A DNA stretch of 32,000 nucleotides. It comes from Erysipelothrix inopinata. GTDB lineage: Bacteria > Bacillota_I > Bacilli_A > Erysipelotrichales > Erysipelotrichaceae. The notes below the pieces were generated by a model. That model did not search any database. It was not told where the DNA came from and saw only the letters and a list, made by a program, of their open reading frames with translations. Shown piece after piece: positions 25,940 to 32,000 of this stretch. Position 1 is the first letter of the stretch; each line of letters begins with the position of its first letter. The DNA is taken from positions 840,001-872,000 of the forward strand of contig NZ_CP060715.1 in NCBI RefSeq assembly GCF_014396165.1, written 5' to 3'. The position numbers were made by a program, and so were the translations under genes.

Positions 25940-26620
25940 TTATTCTAAGTTTAACTTACCATTTTTGAGGAAAAGTATGCGATCACTTTTTTCAGCAAGT
26001 GCCATGTTATGTGTTACTAATATTACGAGTTTTCCTGAATCGACAAATGATCGGAGTAAGTCATAAATTATTTTGGAATTATGTTCATCAAGAGATCCTG
26101 TCGGTTCGTCTGCAATTATAACTTGCGGATTATTTACGATAGCACGTGCAATGCTTATTCTCTGTCTCTCTCCACCAGAAAGTTTACTTACCTTTCGATC
26201 AATATAATCTTCCATTCCAATACTGCTTAAAGTTGATATTACAGATTCGCGTTGTTGTTTGCGACTTAGTTTACTTTCTGAAAACATCAATGGAATTCGT
26301 ATATTATGAAAAACAGTATAATCCTCTATAAGAGCAAAATCTTGCGTTACGTATCCAAATAATTTATTACGCAATTTAGCTTTCTGTTGTTCGGACAAGT
26401 TACTAATGTCGTCACCATGAATCTTAAGCGTACCGGAACTAGGTTCTAAGAGGAGTCCTATAATATTTACAAGTGTGCTTTTTCCACAACCTGAGGGACC
26501 AATAATTGCTAACATTTCAGGATTGTTTAATGTTAAATCAACTCCTTGCAATGCGTGAATAATTTGATTGCTATCTTTATACACTTTGCTAACGTTAATC
26601 AATTCAATAAGATTTGTCAT
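25940..26620 (-). CDS. ABC transporter ATP-binding protein (MacB/LolD/FtsE class)
   Basis: Has Walker A (GPSGCGKST), the signature (LSGGERQR), Walker B (IIADEPT) and the H-loop (VTHN). Start at ATG 26620 (GAGGAG five nt upstream). Confidence 0.85.
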   Translation of the reverse strand: MTNLIELINVSKVYKDSNQIIHALQGVDLTLNNPEMLAIIGPSGCGKSTLVNIIGLLLEPSSGTLKIHGDDISNLSEQQKAKLRNKLFGYVTQDFALIEDYTVFHNIRIPLMFSESKLSRKQQRESVISTLSSIGMEDYIDRKVSKLSGGERQRISIARAIVNNPQVIIADEPTGSLDEHNSKIIYDLLRSFVDSGKLVILVTHNMALAEKSDRILFLKNGKLNLE

Positions 26621-27665
26621 AATCACTCCTCATTTCTGATGAAATATCATCTTTTAATAAATCATTTCTAAATATTAGAAATAGAACAATATTTAAGACA
26701 CTTACTGTTAAAATCTCAATAAATAAACTATCGTTTAAACCCAAAAACAATGTGGAAATATAAATTGAAATTAGGCACGGAATAAAGCAAGAAAAAAATA
26801 TAAAAACAAGTAAACGAGCGGAAGTATCTTTTTTGGTGAGACCAAACATTCTGTTTATATAATATTCTCGTTTCTTCTTATTGAGTATGTTTCGAAGTGA
26901 AATAAAGATGTTAATGCATACAAAAATAGAAACAATAATGAAGAAATTAAGTAACAAACGATTATTTGTATTCATTAGTAGTACGAATTCGTCATCGTTT
27001 AAAAAATTTGGATAGAAACGACTATATTCATCACTTAACAAGGTTGATATCTCGCTAATTTGTTCGTTACTACAATTATAAACAGTTAAATTATGAATAA
27101 GTTCTTCAGTGATTCTAGAATCCAAAATTTCAGTTTCTAAATGTGCATTTGATTTTAATAAAAATGTGTTCTTAAGATCAATACTGCCTTTTTTGGGTAC
27201 TAAGATTGAATCCATAAAAATGATGTTCTCATCTTTGATTCTGTGTTTGCTTTTAGCTTCATTTATAATTAGCCTATTTGTATGGGCAGAAGTAATCAAT
27301 AGATTGTCTTGATTTATAAATTGTGTCGATACAAGTTGTGGTAAGTTTCCAAATAATCGATAAGTATTTAACCCAGGAATAGTTTCATCGGTGTACAGAG
27401 TAAATGAAGGATAGCTTCTGATGATTGTATTGAGGTTGGAGGTTACATTGCTAGCGTGTGTCGAACCGGAGCTGTTTAAACTGTTGAAAGTTACAATATT
27501 ATACGCTTGGGCATCCTTAATCGCACTATAATTCTTCCTATCAGATTGATATTGATTCAAAACAAGTGTTACACAGAAAATGGAAACAAAAATCTGAAGA
27601 AAGAGGATAATTAATCCAGATAAGTTATCAAGGTAATCACGAGTAGCAAGTTTAATATTTATCAT
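26604..27665 (-). CDS. FtsX/MacB-type permease-like membrane protein (DUF1430-like, bacteriocin-associated type), paralog 2
   Basis: Topology is TM1, a roughly 200-aa extracytoplasmic domain, then three C-terminal TMs. The cytoplasmic loop KKKREYYINRMFGLTKKD resembles the FtsX loop. Confidence 0.6.
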   Translation of the reverse strand: MINIKLATRDYLDNLSGLIILFLQIFVSIFCVTLVLNQYQSDRKNYSAIKDAQAYNIVTFNSLNSSGSTHASNVTSNLNTIIRSYPSFTLYTDETIPGLNTYRLFGNLPQLVSTQFINQDNLLITSAHTNRLIINEAKSKHRIKDENIIFMDSILVPKKGSIDLKNTFLLKSNAHLETEILDSRITEELIHNLTVYNCSNEQISEISTLLSDEYSRFYPNFLNDDEFVLLMNTNNRLLLNFFIIVSIFVCINIFISLRNILNKKKREYYINRMFGLTKKDTSARLLVFIFFSCFIPCLISIYISTLFLGLNDSLFIEILTVSVLNIVLFLIFRNDLLKDDISSEMRSDYDKSY

Positions 27666-27666
27666 G

Positions 27667-28611
27667 TCATCTCACCACTTTTCTAAGTTCAAATCGTATA
27701 AAAATGTAGTTGGTTAGATTGCAAAATACTTGGCAAAGAATCCAGGATATTAATAAATAAAAATGGATTGAAGAACCGGTGAAAACTCCTTGATATAAAA
27801 TATAAAAGAGGACCATCGCTAATATTGAAGAGAGTAGAATGGTGCTAGATATTTCTTTCATGAGTGTTGTGGAGATTTGTTTTTTCGTTGCACCAAAAAT
27901 GTGGTACACAACCATTGCTTTATGCTGGGTTCTAATAATACTCCAACTTGTAATAGCATAAATAATTGATGAAAGAAGCATACCTATTAGCATAAATAGT
28001 AAACCTGGGTTTGATGAAATAATATTAAAGTGGTTAATACTGTCAGAATCAATAGTATAAGTGTGCATTCCATTTTCTACGATAAAACTTTCAAAGGATT
28101 CAAAAGTCTCGGAGTTATTTGAAAAAATGTAGTATACGCCTTCGCTTCCGAATAATCCTAAATCATAATCATATAAAAATTGAAAAGAGTGATTATCTGC
28201 TTTACTATATTTTGCAGAAATTTCACTATTTGAATATCCATAAAGATGAGAAAATTTATCAAAAGTTGAATCTTCCTCAACATACAAATAGCCAATGATT
28301 TTTGTATCGAAATTTTTAAATTCGTCCAGTGTATATTCATCTGAGATAACAGAAATTGCTTGATTCGAGGTAGATCTAAAAACAATTGTACTATTATTCC
28401 AAGATTTGCTTTCTGAAATTAGAGATTCTATAAAATTATTTGATTTATATATATCGTAAGGCATATTTAAATGAATAATATATCGACGATAATTATGCGG
28501 CATATTAAAGTTGTAGGATAGGTTTGAATTGTAGGTCACTCCTAAAAAAGAAAAGAATGATGTGACGAGAATTTGAAATAATAATGTAATGATAACAATT
28601 TTCTTCTTCAT
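27667..28611 (-). CDS. FtsX/MacB-type permease-like membrane protein (DUF1430-like), paralog 1
   Basis: Same topology as paralog 2. The loop is RTQHKAMVVYHIFGATKKQIS. There is a 1-nt gap to the next gene. Confidence 0.6.
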   Translation of the reverse strand: MKKKIVIITLLFQILVTSFFSFLGVTYNSNLSYNFNMPHNYRRYIIHLNMPYDIYKSNNFIESLISESKSWNNSTIVFRSTSNQAISVISDEYTLDEFKNFDTKIIGYLYVEEDSTFDKFSHLYGYSNSEISAKYSKADNHSFQFLYDYDLGLFGSEGVYYIFSNNSETFESFESFIVENGMHTYTIDSDSINHFNIISSNPGLLFMLIGMLLSSIIYAITSWSIIRTQHKAMVVYHIFGATKKQISTTLMKEISSTILLSSILAMVLFYILYQGVFTGSSIHFYLLISWILCQVFCNLTNYIFIRFELRKVVR

Positions 28612-28732
28612 ACTTTCTCCCTAATTAGTGTTATGCTCTTATCATTAAAAGTTTTGAACGATACTACATGAATTAAGTTTAAGAAATGTTATATGTGAAG
28701 TGCGGAGAATGATAGATTACTTTTCTATTTTT

Positions 28733-28741
28733 ATTATACCA
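28733..28741 (-). promoter_or_regulatory. Extended -10 (TGgTATAAT) for the ABC operon
   Basis: The minus strand reads CATCATGGTATAAT. No clear -35 is present. Confidence 0.4.
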
Positions 28742-28811
28742 TGATGTACTGAGTACTAAAATCTCTACCAAGTGATTAAACCATTCTACATACATAGTAT
28801 AAAATTTATAT

Positions 28812-29879
28812 CTACTTATATTTGTAAGAGTGATTAAATGTTACTATGGTTCTTGTTAATAATAAACAAATAGAATAAGCCACAATTATGCTATACCAAC
28901 CGTCGAATTGAACTGTTTTAACCAAGAATATTACAAAGGGGTGAATTAAATATATATATTTTGAATATGATGAAATCATCTTACTATCAATGTGGGAAAG
29001 AAGTGGTTTCGATTTCATAGCTACAAAAAAAATATAGTATGTAAATGGAATCACGCTTAAGAGAATGTTACTGTTCAATCGCTTGCTATTTTTTATAAGA
29101 ATTAGATCAAACAAAAATAGAATGATAGAGAGGATGAGTGAGTGTTTCAAACTAACGATTACCTTAAGCTGATGTCTTTTTTGATAACAAGTATAGCCAA
29201 AGCAGACATAAAACAAACCAAAGAAAAGGAAGTTTCGAGTTGTAAAGAATACATTATAATAATTTGATAATAGTGATTGAACAGAAGGAGATAAAAACCC
29301 CCAGTATGTTTCGGTAGCTCCGAATAATAACAGAATAAAAGAAAGAAACATCAAATGTGATAACCCATACTTCTTATTCCATTTAGAAACAATGTTAATC
29401 GATAAAATGAGGGCAGGATAAAACCAAAGATGGTAATAAACACCCGAATAGAGAATCAAGATAAAAACAATAATAATTAATGCAAGTGGATAAACTATTA
29501 AGGGTGGGTTATATGTGTAAAATAGAGATTGCACATTTGATTCAATCAGATAGTAATTATCCGAACAAAAAGAGATTAGAAGTGGTAAATATATACAACT
29601 CCAGATTAAGTAGGTCTTGGTGTTGCTTTTGTTGTAGTTTAGAAGATAATGAGGGTTAATTTCTTCTTTTTGAGCGATGAAGTATCCGGAAGTGAAAAAG
29701 AAGAAAGGTACGCATATTCTACCAAGGCCACTATTAATGAAATAGTCTAAGTTGGGATAAATATTGTGGAAAGGTCTAAGATGAAAAACTACAATAATGA
29801 GTGACATAATTAATTTAACTAAGCTGATGTTTGTGTAGTTTGTATGCAATTGGTTGCTTTTTGTTTGTTGTGAATTCAT
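28812..29879 (-). CDS. Acyltransferase family 3 (OatA/OafA-like) integral membrane O-acyltransferase
   Basis: Start at ATG 29879 (AAGGAG six nt upstream, formed by the first codons of the longer ORF). About 10 TMs, with the VVFHLRPF and GRICVPFFFFTSGYF motifs typical of PF01757. Confidence 0.7.
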   Translation of the reverse strand: MNSQQTKSNQLHTNYTNISLVKLIMSLIIVVFHLRPFHNIYPNLDYFINSGLGRICVPFFFFTSGYFIAQKEEINPHYLLNYNKSNTKTYLIWSCIYLPLLISFCSDNYYLIESNVQSLFYTYNPPLIVYPLALIIIVFILILYSGVYYHLWFYPALILSINIVSKWNKKYGLSHLMFLSFILLLFGATETYWGFLSPSVQSLLSNYYNVFFTTRNFLFFGLFYVCFGYTCYQKRHQLKVIVSLKHSLILSIILFLFDLILIKNSKRLNSNILLSVIPFTYYIFFVAMKSKPLLSHIDSKMISSYSKYIYLIHPFVIFLVKTVQFDGWYSIIVAYSICLLLTRTIVTFNHSYKYK

Positions 29880-30038
29880 AAATATCTCCTTCATGAATTA
29901 CTCTATAGGAGACATACAAACAGATATAGCAACATGTAATTCCATAGAGATATTACAACGCAACAAAGAGTAACATTGATAAAAATTAATCAGATGATAA
30001 GATTAAGGTAATCATAAATTAAAATAAAGGGGAGAAAA

Positions 30039-30764
30039 ATGAACATAGGAAAACTAATTAAGGAAAAAAGAACCGAACATCACCTTACCCAAGAAGAGCT
30101 CGCAAGTGAACTTTATGTTACGAGACAACTTGTTTCCAAATGGGAGAATGAAAAAAGTTATCCGAGTTTGGAAGATGCCGTGAAATTAAGCGAACTTTTT
30201 AATATTAGTTTGGATAATTTGATTAAAGGTGATGAGGCTTATACTCATGAACTATCATTTAATGCTAAAACGAAAAAAACTATGAAACTATTATTGTCAT
30301 TACTATTAGTAGTCTCAATAAGTCTTGCCTCGATACTGTTGTTCATTATATTTGTTAATGGACCAGAACTTAGTGCAGAGGACCTTGTTATTACAAATGT
30401 AGAAATCACAGAACTTGAAGCTAATAAAATTCTGAATCAACTGACCAATCAGGAAGTTATTATTCCTCAAGATATTGAGATTACAATAACTTTTAAAACT
30501 GATAAACCGTTTGTAAGTCTGAACGGTGAATACAGTTCGAGGCTTTCTTATATGGAGAACAAAGATTTCACATTTTCTGTTTGGGGAGATTATCGACCAT
30601 TTGGTAGCAAAGAAGGAAAAATAATTTTAAAAAGCCGTAGAGATACGATTACTGAAATGGCTAAAAGTAACTATGGCGCAAACATTTATATTCAAAATCT
30701 ATCCGTGGGTCAACCCGATAATCTGTTAATTGGCTGGGAGGAGTTATACAAATATCTCAACTAG
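30039..30764 (+). CDS. Membrane-tethered XRE-family HTH regulator (HTH, one TM, roughly 140-aa extracytoplasmic domain)
   Basis: HTH: IKEKRTEHHLTQEELASELYVTRQLVSKWENEKSYPSLEDAVKLSELFNISLDNLI. TM segment: MKLLLSLLLVVSISLASILLFIIFV. Confidence 0.8.
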   Translation: MNIGKLIKEKRTEHHLTQEELASELYVTRQLVSKWENEKSYPSLEDAVKLSELFNISLDNLIKGDEAYTHELSFNAKTKKTMKLLLSLLLVVSISLASILLFIIFVNGPELSAEDLVITNVEITELEANKILNQLTNQEVIIPQDIEITITFKTDKPFVSLNGEYSSRLSYMENKDFTFSVWGDYRPFGSKEGKIILKSRRDTITEMAKSNYGANIYIQNLSVGQPDNLLIGWEELYKYLN

Positions 30765-31056
30765 AAATAATGGAACAAGAATCTAGCATTTTGATAGATA
30801 CATTGAAAAAGTTCGAAGTATTTCTAACTTTTTTGCTGTCAATATTTTGGTAGAAGAGACCTAACGTAAGAACAGCTCGTATTCATCTATTAGATAAAAA
30901 TGATCATGAATATAATTCATATTACAATTATATTTTAACAATTTTCAGCCTACCCTGCCAGCAGTTACTTTCTGTGATTGTGTAAAATAGGTTGGAGATT
31001 ACAAAAAGCGATATTCCGCTTATAGCGATTTTGTTACAAACTACTATAAAATGAGC

Positions 31057-31096
31057 TATCACCGCGACTACTTTATCGCTTTGTGATAACTTTTTT
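31057..31096 (+). terminator. Possible plus-strand intrinsic terminator (imperfect)
   Basis: TATCAC-C-GCGA-(8 nt)-TCGC-TTT-GTGATA followed by ACTTTTTTC. It is about 330 nt beyond the XRE gene stop. Confidence 0.35.
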
Positions 31097-31111
31097 CTTG
31101 TAGATAAGAGC

Positions 31112-31143
31112 AAAAAAAAAACTAACATCTTGTATGATGTTAG
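31112..31143 (-). terminator. Intrinsic terminator of the tRNA operon
   Basis: The minus strand reads CTAACATC-ATACAA-GATGTTAG followed by T10. Confidence 0.75.
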
Positions 31144-31159
31144 GTTGTATACATGGTTA

Positions 31160-31235
31160 TGGTGGCCCCAGTCAGAATCGAACTGACGACACACGGAGCT
31201 TCAATCCGTTGCTCTACCAACTGAGCTACAGGGCC
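31160..31235 (-). tRNA. tRNA-Phe (anticodon GAA)
   Basis: The reverse complement is GGCCCTGTAGCTCAGTTGGTAGAGCAACGGATTGAAGCTCCGTGTGTCGTCAGTTCGATTCTGACTGGGGCCACCA. It folds as a cloverleaf with anticodon loop TTGAAGC, a TTCGATT T-loop and an encoded CCA. Confidence 0.9.
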
Positions 31236-31236
31236 A

Positions 31237-31313
<77 letters not shown>

Positions 31314-31325
31314 ATATGCTTATGC

Positions 31326-31354
31326 ATTATAACATACGGCACAAATATTGTCTA
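31326..31354 (-). promoter_or_regulatory. Sigma-A promoter of the tRNA operon
   Basis: The minus strand has TAGACA, a 17-nt spacer and TATAAT, ending about 12 nt before the tRNA-fMet 5' end. Confidence 0.55.
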
Positions 31355-31499
31355 ATATCTACAAGGTTTAAAGGTTTTGATGACCTCTTATTACTGTTTC
31401 GTAACATTTTTACTTTGTGAAATATTGTTCAACGTTACAATTTACCCAGATAAACACAGGAAATATCGCTGTGCTTACGTAACAATGGAGGGAATTAAA

Positions 31500-32000
31500 A
31501 TGAAAAAGGTAATCTTATCACTATGTTCTTTAAGTCTTTTGATGCTTAACACAAATGTCTACGCAGATGAAACTAAAGATATTATAGAAAGTGAAAATGT
31601 TGAGACGACGCAACAAGATGCGTCTGAACAAAAAAATGAAGAATCAAAGGATCAAATTGATTCTCAAAAAGAAGAAAACAGTAACAATACCAATGAAATA
31701 GAAAACATAGACACAGTAGAAATCAAGGAAGCTACAAAAGAATTATCTGAAAATCGAAATACAGACGAAGATACTGTAACAGTAAGATTTCATACAAATG
31801 GTGGTGTAATGGAAGATGAAGTTATTACCATCGATAAAGGTTCATACTTTAGCACTTATGACTTTACACCAACTCTTGAAGGGAAAGCATTTTATACTTG
31901 GTTTGAAGATGAGAATTTAGAGAAACAGTATTATGGCGGATATTTAAGTAACGATATCGATTTATATGCAGCATATACAGAAGTAGTTAACGAACAAGAC
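31500..32000 (+). CDS. Secreted protein with a Listeria-Bacteroides (Flg_new) repeat; 5' partial, continues beyond the window
   Basis: Starts at ATG 31500 (GGAGGG RBS). Signal peptide: MKKVILSLCSLSLLMLNTNVYA. An acidic low-complexity linker is followed by VRFHTNGGVMEDEV...GKAFYTWFEDENL...DLYAAYTE. The frame stays open to 32000. Confidence 0.75.
   Translation, partial: MKKVILSLCSLSLLMLNTNVYADETKDIIESENVETTQQDASEQKNEESKDQIDSQKEENSNNTNEIENIDTVEIKEATKELSENRNTDEDTVTVRFHTNGGVMEDEVITIDKGSYFSTYDFTPTLEGKAFYTWFEDENLEKQYYGGYLSNDIDLYAAYTEVVNEQD

Noticed and set aside
28612-28811. A hidden bacteriocin precursor (lactococcin-972-like) upstream of the ABC operon
   Set aside because: Minus-strand ATGs here are followed by stops within 1-5 codons (ATG TAG; ATG ATA AGA GCA TAA). 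No ORF with an RBS or signal peptide exists in either strand of the gap.
30770-30853. 27-codon ORF MEQESSILIDTLKKFEVFLTFLLSIFW directly after the XRE gene
   Set aside because: It has no Shine-Dalgarno sequence and there is nothing to support translation. It is kept only as a note within the non-coding-interval finding.
30928-31194. 88-aa minus-strand ORF
   Set aside because: Its 5' part overlaps tRNA-Phe, and the tRNA operon terminator lies inside it. There is no RBS, so it is spurious.

Overview
This is an AT-rich chromosomal segment that looks like a low-GC Firmicute: GGAGG-type ribosome-binding sites, sigma-A-like promoters, LPXTG-type sorting signals, and TGA/TAA/TAG all used as stops. 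I see no rRNA, CRISPR array, transposase, integrase or phage genes.

Gene content, left to right:
- **1-4.8 kb:** a partial BglG/LicT-type PRD antiterminator, an LPXTG-anchored beta-lactamase-fold serine hydrolase, and a divergent MurP/sucrose-class PTS EIIBC.
- **4.8-8.4 kb:** a marR plus saccharopine-dehydrogenase-like pair, D-lactate dehydrogenase, and a frameshifted EIIC-like permease.
- **8.7-12.2 kb:** a GntR-controlled operon with an SrlD-like SDR, a mannitol-family EIICB and an EIIA.
- **12.2-17.2 kb:** an MFS exporter and a roughly 1,170-aa surface protein. It has a Pmp-like beta-helix, 252-bp tandem repeats and an IPPTG anchor, and is broken by a 1-nt frameshift.
- **17.6-21.1 kb:** a small island around a WYL regulator, with two S51 peptidase paralogs, a hexapeptide acetyltransferase and a GNAT gene carrying an in-frame TAA.
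- **21.1-23.2 kb:** two uncharacterised genes, one a fusion of an EF-Tu domain-2-like barrel with SseB-like domains.
- **23.4-25.8 kb:** cadC-cadA.
- **25.9-30.8 kb:** a MacB/FtsX-type ABC transporter with two paralogous permeases, an acyltransferase-3 and a membrane-tethered XRE regulator.
- **31.2-32.0 kb:** tRNA-fMet and tRNA-Phe, then the start of another secreted repeat protein.

The observation I trust most comes directly from the sequence. Two divergently oriented 5' leaders (2863-3286) each carry the same roughly 30-nt hairpin motif overlapping a strong terminator. This is a non-canonical RAT-like antitermination pair, and it appears to place the surface hydrolase and the PTS permease under one PRD antiterminator.

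The other candidates (WYL island, EF-Tu-D2/SseB pair, orphan ABC module) are inferences from domain recognition. They need database and structure searches that I cannot run.
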